Shown here: piece after piece, positions 9,554-17,527 of the stretch
Numbering within the stretch: the first letter of the stretch is position 1
How the letters are laid out: each line of letters starts with the position of its first letter
DNA from: Candidatus Woesearchaeota archaeon
Lineage (GTDB): Archaea; Nanobdellota; Nanobdellia; Pacearchaeales; GW2011-AR1
Assembly (NCBI GenBank): GCA_964450135.1
Contig: CAYVCF010000003.1
Span: 1 to 33,884, forward strand
DNA: 33,884 nucleotides
Reading direction: 5' to 3'
Translations under genes and position numbers: made by a program
The notes under the pieces: generated by a model
What the model was told of the DNA's origin: nothing
What the model saw: only the letters and a program-made list of their open reading frames with translations
Database searches by the model: none

Positions 9554-10270
9554 TTAAAATCCTTCCAACATTTCTTTTTCCAAAAAATGAAGTTTTGCTG
9601 AAACAATAAAACAGAACGGGTTTTTTATTCTGACTTTTCTTAAAATTTCAAGGGGGGCATAAACAATTTTTGGATTTTCTGTTCCGAGTCGTGAACAAAC
9701 CAAAATATTTCCTAATTTTAATTTTTGTTTTTCTGCAGAAAGTTCAAATTGTTCAACCGCTTTTTCAAAATCAAGTCCGATATCGACGAGAATTAAACTA
9801 TGAGCGTTAATTGAAAGATTTTCTTTTACAATTTCTATAAAACTATCTGGAGTAAAATTTTTTTCTTTTTGCCACACAGGCATTGAAGAAATTTTTCCAA
9901 ATTTGTAAAGTTGCAGACCAGTTTGAGAAATCGCGTCAAAAATACTCGCGTTGTAAATTATTTCATATTTTGTTCTACAGGCCTTTGCTTCTTGAATTAA
10001 ACTAATGTGCGTTGTTGCGAAAAGCGGACTTCCGTAAATTAAAAGCGCGACATCTTTTTTGCTTGCCTCGTCGACGATTTGCAAACTTTCAACAAATTCT
10101 CTGTCTGCTTGAATAATTTTTTTCCCAAGAAAGTTCTCTAATAATTTAATTTCATAAGGAAATTCAATAGTATAATTTTCCAAATAAACTTGTTTGCATT
10201 TTTTAACCGCTTCCAATCCTTGTTTTGAAATGCTTTTTTCATTCAGACCAAGTCCGATTAAGTATAACAT
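9554..10270 (-). CDS. dphB: Diphthine synthase
   Basis: MLYLIGLGL N-terminus and tetrapyrrole-methylase-like fold, 238 aa. Archaea/eukaryote-specific enzyme. Confidence 0.85.
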   Translation of the reverse strand: MLYLIGLGLNEKSISKQGLEAVKKCKQVYLENYTIEFPYEIKLLENFLGKKIIQADREFVESLQIVDEASKKDVALLIYGSPLFATTHISLIQEAKACRTKYEIIYNASIFDAISQTGLQLYKFGKISSMPVWQKEKNFTPDSFIEIVKENLSINAHSLILVDIGLDFEKAVEQFELSAEKQKLKLGNILVCSRLGTENPKIVYAPLEILRKVRIKNPFCFIVSAKLHFLEKEMLEGF

Positions 10271-10781
10271 AATTTAGAAAGTTTTTTTGAGTTTATAAGT
10301 TTTCTTTTGTGAATATTGTAAAGTAAAAGAGCTTTGGTGAAACCATAAAAAAGCGTTAAGTCAAGTTCATAACTTAACCTAAATCTCATTTGGATAAGCT
10401 TTTACTCCTCGATGAAATCTTTTTTCATTAAACCATCTTCGCCATTTTTCTATGCATTTGTCGTCGAGCCACAGCGGAAAAGCAAAAGCAACGAATTTAT
10501 TATAAGAGATTTTTATTTTCTGACTTCGTTAATCCTCGTCGGTAATTGGGAAGTCCACAGAATTTTGCATCCTGAAATTTGTTTCAAAAAATATTTAAAA
10601 TTAGTTGAAGAAAAATTTTCTAATCGGGAAGTTGGTTAATTTTTATTTATTTTATTTTTTGAATAAATTTAGCACGAGCTAAAATCTTTTTATTATTTTT
10701 GGATTTACAATTTAATTTTTAAAAAAGTTATAACCAAAATTTAATTTTTTCAAGAACCTTGATTTAAATTTTATAATTAAT

Positions 10782-10833
10782 AAACCCGTTTAAACTGGTT
10801 TGTTCGGAATACTTAATAACAGTATCTCCGAAC
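10782..10833. promoter_or_regulatory. GTTTAAAC-centred 20-nt imperfect palindrome followed by a 12-bp bulged stem-loop
   Basis: aaacccgtttaaactggttt (10782-10801) is palindromic with one mismatch. gttcggaatac (10802-10812) pairs with gtatctccgaac (10822-10833) with one bulge. A near copy of the palindrome lies at 15036-15055. Confidence 0.45.
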
Positions 10834-11057
10834 AGGATTTTTTAAAATAATTTACCCCTAAAAAATTTCAAGAAAAATATACCCCTCCGATTGCTCGGAG
10901 AGTTATGTCTAAATTAAAAAAATATATCGATAGGAAATATTAAGGGATAAGACAGAAAAAATTTTTAAACAAAACATTTAAAAACCGCCAAATCAAAATA
11001 TTTTTGTAGAGAAAAGGAAATGCACTATTCTCTTATTGATTAAACAAAATAAGAAAA

Positions 11058-11729
11058 ATGACAGAAAGAAAAGTTGTAATACCTGGAGAAATTATCAAAG
11101 AAGGAAATGATTTTTTGCCAGGAGACGGAACAGAAAAACAAGGAAATAATATTATTGCTCTAAAATTCGGTTTAGCAGAAGAGCAAGACCGGCTTGTAAA
11201 AGTAATTCCCTTATCAGGGGTCTATATTCCTCGTCGTGGAAATGTTGTAATCGGCAGAGTTACAAATGTGACTTTTAACGGTTGGTGCATAGACATTGAC
11301 ACATCTGAAAATTCTTTTTTGCCTCTGGCAGAAGTTCCAAGATTCATAAATAAAAACGAACTTGAAAAATTAATGGACATCGGAGATATGGTTGTCGCGA
11401 AAATCTGGAACATTGGCGGAAGAGGAATTGACTTAAGCATAAATTCAAGAGGTCTGGGAAAAATAGATGAGGGTCTAATTATAAAAGTTAATCCGCACAA
11501 AGTCCCGCGAATTATCGGCAAAGAAGGAAGCATGATAAATTTAATTAAAGAAAAAACAAAATGCGAAATCACAGTCGGACAAAACGGATTTATTTGGATT
11601 CAAGGTAAAAAAATTGAAGAAGAAATTTTATCAAAAAACGCAATAAATTTTATTTGCGAAAAATCTTTTGTTTCAGGTTTAACAGAAGAAGTTGAAAATT
11701 GGTTTGCAAAAAATGGAGGAGAAAAATGA
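11058..11729 (+). CDS. rrp4: Exosome complex RNA-binding subunit Rrp4 (S1 + KH)
   Basis: VIPGEII...PGDGT N-domain, S1 segment (GNVVIGRVTNVTFNGWCIDI) and KH motif (RIIGKEGSMINLI...VGQNGFIWI). Confidence 0.9.
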   Translation: MTERKVVIPGEIIKEGNDFLPGDGTEKQGNNIIALKFGLAEEQDRLVKVIPLSGVYIPRRGNVVIGRVTNVTFNGWCIDIDTSENSFLPLAEVPRFINKNELEKLMDIGDMVVAKIWNIGGRGIDLSINSRGLGKIDEGLIIKVNPHKVPRIIGKEGSMINLIKEKTKCEITVGQNGFIWIQGKKIEEEILSKNAINFICEKSFVSGLTEEVENWFAKNGGEK

Positions 11730-11950
11730 AAGAAAGATTGGGAAGAACATTTGTCGCCGGAAAATTAACTAGACAAATTTTTGATTATTTGGAATCAAGA
11801 GGACTTACTGCGATAAGGTATTCTGGAGGAAAATTTGACATTTTTGATTTAGGAGATTTTAATGGAAAACTTTCAGAACAAGATGCAGAAAGATTAAGAA
11901 GAAAAAATAATCTTACAGTTTCAGTTTATGAATTGGAGGCAACAGCATAA
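11726..11950 (+). CDS. Unrecognised 74-aa ORF (orfA) inside the exosome operon
   Basis: ATG 11726 overlaps the rrp4 stop (ATGA). Protein-like composition. Its 3' end is DNA-similar to the end of orfB. Confidence 0.5.
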   Translation: MKERLGRTFVAGKLTRQIFDYLESRGLTAIRYSGGKFDIFDLGDFNGKLSEQDAERLRRKNNLTVSVYELEATA

Positions 11951-11968
11951 AATGACAAAAGAATTTAA
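11941..11968 (+). repeat. 28-nt perfect direct repeat, copy 1 (orfA stop / orfB start junction)
   Basis: aacagcataaaatgacaaaagaatttaa is identical to 12189-12216. Confidence 0.9.
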
Positions 11969-12203
11969 TCAAAGATTAATAACAAGAAGAACAAGAGAAG
12001 GAGTTCAATATTCCTTATATTCAGGAGAAAGTAGAATTGCTGTAGCAATTAGTGTTAGAGGGTTAATGCAAACTTGCGCGAATGCAAAACCATTTAGAAC
12101 TTATGCCAGAGAATCTGAAAGACAATTAAGAGAAAACCCAGATTTAAATGCAATAGAAGTTAAATTATACAATGTATATGAGGGGAGAAACAGCATAAAA
12201 TGA
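11952..12203 (+). CDS. Unrecognised 83-aa basic ORF (orfB) inside the exosome operon
   Basis: Starts MTKEF with the same five codons as rrp41, because of the 28-nt repeat. Its stop overlaps the rrp41 ATG (ATGA). Confidence 0.5.
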   Translation: MTKEFNQRLITRRTREGVQYSLYSGESRIAVAISVRGLMQTCANAKPFRTYARESERQLRENPDLNAIEVKLYNVYEGRNSIK

Positions 12204-12216
12204 CAAAAGAATTTAA
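12189..12216 (+). repeat. 28-nt perfect direct repeat, copy 2 (orfB stop / rrp41 start junction)
   Basis: Identical to 11941-11968, 248 bp downstream. Confidence 0.9.
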
Positions 12217-12916
12217 ACGAGCAGACGGAAGAAAGCCAGACGAATTTAGAAAAATAATTGCAAAAGTTGGAGTTGTGCCAAACGCCAACGGAAGTGCAGT
12301 TTTTGAATTTGGGGGAACAAAAGCAATTGCAGCTGTCTACGGCCCAAAGGAAATGCACCCGCAACATTCTCAAAATCCAGAAAAAGGGACTTTACGAGTT
12401 ACTTACAACATGATGAGTTTCTCTGTTCACGACAGAATAAAACCTGGACCAAGCAGAAGAAGCATGGAAATCAGCAACATAAGTGGCTGGGCTCTTGACC
12501 CTGTTGTAAATTTAGATAAATTTCCAGGAAAAGTTGTTGATGTTCACATTGATATTATGCAAGCAAATGCCTCAACTCGTTGTGCTGGAATAAACGCTGC
12601 TTCGCTTGCGTTGGCTCACGCAGGAATTCCAATGAAAGATTTGGTCTCAAGTGTTTCAATCGGAAAATTAGATAAACAATTAGTTGTAGATGTCAGCAAA
12701 TTTGAAGAGGACTGGGAAGAAGGCGAAGGTGCAACAGATATCGCAATGTCTTTCACAAGTGCAGGCGAATTAACTCACATCCAGCTCGATGGCCACATCA
12801 GTGTCAAAGAATTAAAAGAAGCAATTCACCTTGGACAAAAAAAGACAAAAGAAATTTACGAAATTCAAAAAAAAGTTTTAAAGGACTCAATAAAATTAGG
12901 AGAAGAAAATGGATAA
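12200..12916 (+). CDS. rrp41: Exosome complex exonuclease Rrp41 (RNase PH domain)
   Basis: RADGRKPDEFR motif and RNase PH fold signatures (GSAVFEFGGTKAIAAVYGP, ANASTRCAGINAASLALAHAGIPM). Confidence 0.9.
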   Translation: MTKEFKRADGRKPDEFRKIIAKVGVVPNANGSAVFEFGGTKAIAAVYGPKEMHPQHSQNPEKGTLRVTYNMMSFSVHDRIKPGPSRRSMEISNISGWALDPVVNLDKFPGKVVDVHIDIMQANASTRCAGINAASLALAHAGIPMKDLVSSVSIGKLDKQLVVDVSKFEEDWEEGEGATDIAMSFTSAGELTHIQLDGHISVKELKEAIHLGQKKTKEIYEIQKKVLKDSIKLGEENG

Positions 12917-13361
12917 ACAAAAAAGATTAGAAATTGGAAGACCGGAAGTTTTGCAAGTTGGAACTGAAACAAGACCAATTGTATATTTAGAAAAAATGGA
13001 AAATCCCGATTATTTTGTTTTTATAACTACTCCAACCGAGACGTATGTAGAGAGAAGTTTGAATAATTCACATTTTTCTGTCGCAAAAATATTTTTGCAA
13101 ACTTTATGGAAAATTCCCGACGACAAAGTTGATTATTTTTTGCATAAATCAAAATTAAATTTCAAAAACCTATTTTTGCAAAGTTCTCTAGAAGTGATAA
13201 GAATAAAACCAACCTTTGCAACTATTTTAGGTCAAAATGTTTCTGTAAAAGATTGGAGATTTGCTGAAAGATATGAAGAAATTTTTTTTGGAAGAAGATA
13301 TCAACAACTTGTTGCCCAATGGAATCAAGCAATGCAACCAAGACAAGAGGTGACAGCGTAA
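12909..13361 (+). CDS. Unrecognised 150-aa ORF (orfC) between rrp41 and rrp42
   Basis: Start overlaps the rrp41 end by 8 nt. Ends ...EVTA-taa-a-atg, like orfA (...EATA-taa-a-atg). No family recognised. Confidence 0.55.
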   Translation: MDKQKRLEIGRPEVLQVGTETRPIVYLEKMENPDYFVFITTPTETYVERSLNNSHFSVAKIFLQTLWKIPDDKVDYFLHKSKLNFKNLFLQSSLEVIRIKPTFATILGQNVSVKDWRFAERYEEIFFGRRYQQLVAQWNQAMQPRQEVTA

Positions 13362-13362
13362 A

Positions 13363-13485
13363 ATGAAAAATGAACTTAAAATAAAATTGAATTTATGCGA
13401 TATCGTCGGAGGCATAGAAAAATATCGCTCACCTGAACAAAAAAGGGAAATTCATAAAAAAAACCTCGAGGTTGTTTTTAAATGA
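13363..13485 (+). CDS. Unrecognised 40-aa basic mini-ORF (orfD), not in the ORF track
   Basis: My translation is MKNELKIKLNLCDIVGGIEKYRSPEQKREIHKKNLEVVFK. The start lies in a diverged copy of the repeated junction. The stop overlaps the rrp42 ATG (ATGA). Confidence 0.35.
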   Translation: MKNELKIKLNLCDIVGGIEKYRSPEQKREIHKKNLEVVFK

Positions 13486-14282
13486 CTGAACAAATTACCC
13501 CAAAACTTACAGCAGACAGAATAAAAAAATATTTAGAACAAGGAAAAAGATTTGACAAAAGAGAGCTAATAGAGTTTAGAGAAATTTCAATTGAGACAGG
13601 AATTTCAGAAAACGCAGAAGGAAGCGCAAGAGTTAAAATCGGAAAAACAGAAGTTCTCGTCGGTGTTAAGATGAATGTCGGCGAGCCATATCCTGATTCT
13701 CAAGACAAAGGAAATTTAATGGTAAGTGTTGAACTTCTTCCATTGAGTTCTCCAAAATATGAACTCGGCCCTCCGAAATTTGATTCAATTGAAATAGGAA
13801 GAATTACAGACAGAGCAATCAGAGAAAGTAAAGTAATTGAATTAGAAAAACTTTGCATTAAAGAAGGAGAAAAGGTCTGGACAATTTTCATAGATGTTTA
13901 CTCAATCAACGACGACGGAAATTTAATTGACGCTGCGTGCATTGGCGCAATCGCTGCTTTGAAAAATGCAAAAATTCCATTTTACGACGAAGAAACAGGA
14001 AAAATTGATTATGAAAAAGAATCAAAACAAAAACTTCCGCTAGCAAAAAAAATTCCGCTTTCAATTTCTTTCCATAAAATAGGAGATAGTATAATTGTTG
14101 ATCCAACAACAGAAGAAGAAAATATAAGCGATACAAGAATTGCAATCGGAAGCGCAGACGGAATAATTAGTTCAATGCAAAAAAGCAACGAGCAAAGCAT
14201 TAAAGTTGAAGAAATGGAAAAAATTTTAGACATGGTTGAAAAGGTCTGGAAAGGCATTAGTAAAAAATTAGAAAAATTATAG
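13482..14282 (+). CDS. rrp42: Exosome complex subunit Rrp42 (inactive RNase PH-like)
   Basis: RNase PH-like domain (DKRELIEFREISIETG...NAEGSARVKIGKTEVLVGVK). Position follows rrp41. Confidence 0.88.
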   Translation: MTEQITPKLTADRIKKYLEQGKRFDKRELIEFREISIETGISENAEGSARVKIGKTEVLVGVKMNVGEPYPDSQDKGNLMVSVELLPLSSPKYELGPPKFDSIEIGRITDRAIRESKVIELEKLCIKEGEKVWTIFIDVYSINDDGNLIDAACIGAIAALKNAKIPFYDEETGKIDYEKESKQKLPLAKKIPLSISFHKIGDSIIVDPTTEEENISDTRIAIGSADGIISSMQKSNEQSIKVEEMEKILDMVEKVWKGISKKLEKL

Positions 14283-14322
14283 TAAATGACATAATAAATT
14301 AAACAAAATCTATGCCCTTGAC

Positions 14323-14330
14323 TATAAATA
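14323..14330 (+). promoter_or_regulatory. TATA-box-like element upstream of rpoK
   Basis: tataaata ends 32 nt before ATG 14362. The spacing fits a short-leader or leaderless archaeal promoter. Confidence 0.4.
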
Positions 14331-14361
14331 AGTTTTTAAATTAAAAAAATCAAAATATAAA

Positions 14362-14748
14362 ATGATAGATGCAAATCAATTTACAAAATACGAAAAAGCA
14401 AGAATACTTGGTGCAAGAGCTTTGCAAATTGCAATGAACGCCCCCTTACTTATAAAAATAAATCAAGAGGACTTAGAAAAAATTCACTACGACGCTCTGA
14501 AAATCGCAGAAACAGAATTAAATTCAAATGTTCTTCCAATTTCTGTTCACAGACCTTTTCCAAAAAAGAAAGAAGAAAAATTAAGAAGAACAAAAGAACA
14601 AAAAATTGACGACGACGAAATTGAAAAAAAAGAAGCAAGCGAGGAAGAAGAAATCGCAAAAGAAGGCGAGATAATGGAACTTGCAAATCCTGAAGAAGAA
14701 AAAGACGAGACAGAATCTTTTTCAGAAAGTTCTGAAGAAAGGGAATAA
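14362..14748 (+). CDS. rpoK: DNA-directed RNA polymerase subunit K (Rpo6) with a long charged C-terminal extension
   Basis: FTKYEKARILGARALQIAMNAPLL core. Residues ~65-128 form a K/E/D-rich tail. Confidence 0.85.
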   Translation: MIDANQFTKYEKARILGARALQIAMNAPLLIKINQEDLEKIHYDALKIAETELNSNVLPISVHRPFPKKKEEKLRRTKEQKIDDDEIEKKEASEEEEIAKEGEIMELANPEEEKDETESFSESSEERE

Positions 14749-15035
14749 AATTATTTTTATGACGAGAGATCTTTGAATTATAAATCTTGCAAAGCAGTTA
14801 AATTAAATAATACACGCGACTTTGTCGCGAGTAAATTTGGTTCCGAAGGCATAGGATTTAATTTACCCAAAATCCGACACTTATCAGGATTTTTTCTCAG
14901 AAAAAATTAATGCAAAAAGAAACTTTTAATCCTGATTATTATGATTTTCTCGTCGGTGTTCAACAAATTGAAAAAATTTTAGAAAACAATCACGCAAATG
15001 TCTGCCACTTTAGTGGAGGGTTGTTTACGATTAGC

Positions 15036-15055
15036 AAACCAGTTTAAACTTGTTT
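15036..15055. promoter_or_regulatory. Second copy of the GTTTAAAC-centred imperfect palindrome
   Basis: aaaccagtttaaacttgttt. The 26-nt stretch 15036-15061 matches 10782-10807 at 23/26 positions. Confidence 0.4.
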
Positions 15056-15095
15056 GTTTGGGGATATTGCATAAACTTTTTGTATTGGTTTTATT

Positions 15096-15590
15096 TTATT
15101 CACAACTTTCAATAGAATTTATTACACTCACAACTCCGCAAGAATCTCCATTTACAAATGGAATTATTTCTATTCTGTCTGGCTTTAATTTAAAATAATC
15201 TGTTTTTATTTTGTAGGTTTTTCCAGAATTTGTCGTCGGTATTTTTGTATCTGAGCCAGTTCCCACTGCTTCAAGGTTTGCATTATCTATATAATTTAAT
15301 TCTATTGTTTTCACATTTCCCTCTCCAGAAACAGAGAGAATTATTTTATCTAAATTTATTTCTCCGACTTTTACAGAAAATTTTGTCTGCGTCGTCGCTG
15401 AATCAATTTCAGTGTAGCAAGTGTATAATTGATTTAATTCAACTTTGTTAAAGACCTCTAGACAAGATTCTGCTTCGTCCAAATTTTTTTCCACAATGTT
15501 TCTTGCCACAACCCAAACAATGGAGGTTATTGCTAAAACAAGTGCGATTAAAAGAACTGTTGCGATTATTGTTGAGACAGCTTTTTTCAT
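15096..15590 (-). CDS. Archaeal type IV pilin-like protein (class III signal peptide)
   Basis: MKKAVSTIIATVLLIALVLAITSIVWVV N-terminus (archaellin/pilin N-terminal domain). C-terminal IIPF...C...C motif shared with two paralogs. Confidence 0.8.
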   Translation of the reverse strand: MKKAVSTIIATVLLIALVLAITSIVWVVARNIVEKNLDEAESCLEVFNKVELNQLYTCYTEIDSATTQTKFSVKVGEINLDKIILSVSGEGNVKTIELNYIDNANLEAVGTGSDTKIPTTNSGKTYKIKTDYFKLKPDRIEIIPFVNGDSCGVVSVINSIESCE

Positions 15591-15624
15591 CTTGAACCTC
15601 CGAGTAAAACGAGGATTTTAAGAG

Positions 15625-15652
15625 ACAGAAAATTTTTTCTAAAATTTTCTGT
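15625..15652. other. Perfect 12-bp stem-loop between the two pilin genes
   Basis: acagaaaatttt (15625-15636), loop ttct, aaaattttctgt (15641-15652). Member of the ACAGAAA/TTTCTGT hairpin family. Confidence 0.6.
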
Positions 15653-15774
15653 ATGTTTACCAAATCTTTTTCCTTCGGTGATTTGGGAAAGACAAAAAAC
15701 GTTTTGTTTTTTGTATTCAAAATCTTTAATGGCGATCTGTGCGAAGGCACAGCTGAGATTTTGAAATTGTTTTT

Positions 15775-16239
15775 TCATATTGTAATTTCTTCTCCGTATT
15801 TCTCGTCGCAAACATAAGACGCCTGACCTTTATTTGAATTTCCAAGCAAGACAGGAATTAAAATAATTTTTTCTGCTGAAGAAATTGAAGACGGAAGAGA
15901 TGCGTCGCTGACTGAGTTTACTTTTCCTGCTGGAAGCGGTTCGTTTATTTCTTCTGTTGTGTAACTCTCGTCGCTGAAAATTTTTATTTTGAATTTTAAA
16001 ATAGGAACTGTTCCTGTGTTGGAAATATCTAAACCAGAATAAGAATAACCTGCTTCAAAATTTATCTTTTCGCAAGCGAGTTCAATATTTTCGTTTCCGA
16101 ATTTTGTTATTGCTTCTTTTGTAATTCCTCTCATCCACAAAAATACAATCATTCCCAAAACAAGAACAATGCTTATTAAAAGAACTGTTGCGACAATCGG
16201 AGAGACCGCTTTTTTTATTTTTCTTTTTTTTAGATTCAT
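15775..16239 (-). CDS. Archaeal type IV pilin-like protein (class III signal peptide)
   Basis: KKAVSPIVATVLLISIVLVLGMIVFLW N-terminus. Shares a 19-nt identical stretch (attaaaagaactgttgcga) with the 15096-15590 paralog. Confidence 0.85.
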   Translation of the reverse strand: MNLKKRKIKKAVSPIVATVLLISIVLVLGMIVFLWMRGITKEAITKFGNENIELACEKINFEAGYSYSGLDISNTGTVPILKFKIKIFSDESYTTEEINEPLPAGKVNSVSDASLPSSISSAEKIILIPVLLGNSNKGQASYVCDEKYGEEITI

Positions 16240-16291
16240 GAAATATTTAGTAAGAAGGAATTTATAAAACTTCTTGAAATTGATAATATTA

Positions 16292-16597
16292 TTATTCAGC
16301 GGGCATTAAATAATACTCGGCGTCCCATTTACCATTTTCAGAAGGGGCTATTCCAAAAAGACATAGAAATAATGTGTCAACTATTCCTGAAGGGTATTTA
16401 ACTCTTATCTCCGAATTGATTTGTTTATCCATGATTTCTAACAATGTAAAAGAAGCCTCCCTTACAGAATGGCAATCGCGTTTTTGATACATTCTAAGGT
16501 ATTCCTCTCCAACAATTAATTGATCTCTTGAAGTTATTTGTTTTATATCAGGAGTTACTTGCTGATCTGCAAAACAACCAGAAAGGTCTTGTCTTTT
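16292..16597 (-). pseudogene. Start-less open frame, possible 5'-truncated gene fragment
   Basis: The frame is open for 101 codons. The only ATG is at 16492 (66 aa). The 35 upstream codons (KRQDLSGCFADQQVTPDIKQITSRDQLIVGEEYLR) look coding. Composition is less A/T-run-rich than the neighbours. Confidence 0.3.
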
Positions 16598-16749
16598 TTA
16601 TATCTATCCTTATGTTCTATCATAATAAATTCAGAATTTTTGCATTTTTAAACTTTTCCTTTTGTTGTCATTATATGATTAAAAATATTTCCCAATTTTC
16701 TAAACTAATACAAAGTTAAAAATATAAAACCTCTTTTCTTTAGTTAGTT

Positions 16750-17448
16750 ATGAAAAAAAATGGTTCGCATGTCGGTTTTGTTCTTTCGTTTGTGGTTTTT
16801 GTGACTTTTTTAATTTTTATTTATTCTGTTCTTATTCCGACGACAAAAGTTAAAGACAAACCATTAATTCTTGAAAAAATTGCAGAAAATCTTTTAAAAA
16901 ATATTTCATCTGAAATAATAACTCTCACGATTTCTGTTTCTCCTGAATTTGAATTTAATTCTGAATGTGTTTCAATAAGTGACTCTGAATTAATTAGCAG
17001 GTTGAAAAAAGGTTTTGTTGTTAAATCCAATGAAAAAATTTTGGATTATCAAAGCTCAACGGTCTTTAAAATAAAAAATGAAAACAAAAGATTTTTGAAA
17101 ATTTTTTCTTCAGATAGTTTTGAAGACAAGACAAAATTTCTTGGAAGTTGCGAATCCATTGATGACAATTTTGAAATCAATTCTGTAAAAATTGAAAATT
17201 ATTCTTTTGAGAAAAAAATAAATTTATTGTTTGAATTTTATGAAAGAGATTATGAAAATTTAAAAACAAGTTTGGAAATTCCGGAAGATGCTGAATTTGA
17301 ATTTGATTTTTACGACGACAATGGAAATGTAATCGCCACAAAAAACACAACTGCCCTGACAAATATTTATTCTAAAAAAATTTCAGTTCAGTATATTAAT
17401 AATTCTGTTTCTTTGGTTTCTGGAGAAATTAATTTAAGGATTTGGTGA
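16750..17448 (+). CDS. Pilin-like / N-terminally anchored hypothetical protein
   Basis: MKKNGSHVGFVLSFVVFVTFLIFIYSVL N-terminus resembles a class III signal peptide. The remainder is unrecognised. Confidence 0.6.
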   Translation: MKKNGSHVGFVLSFVVFVTFLIFIYSVLIPTTKVKDKPLILEKIAENLLKNISSEIITLTISVSPEFEFNSECVSISDSELISRLKKGFVVKSNEKILDYQSSTVFKIKNENKRFLKIFSSDSFEDKTKFLGSCESIDDNFEINSVKIENYSFEKKINLLFEFYERDYENLKTSLEIPEDAEFEFDFYDDNGNVIATKNTTALTNIYSKKISVQYINNSVSLVSGEINLRIW

Positions 17449-17527
17449 TTATTTTTCAACAGCTAGAATTATCTCATCGCATTTGAAAAAAGATCCAATT
17501 TAAAAAATCAAAGTTGTTAATAGAATT

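Noticed and set aside
10412-10639. 75-aa ORF in the long spacer upstream of rrp4
   Set aside because: There is no SD or TATA context. The composition is not protein-like, and it overlaps repeat words.
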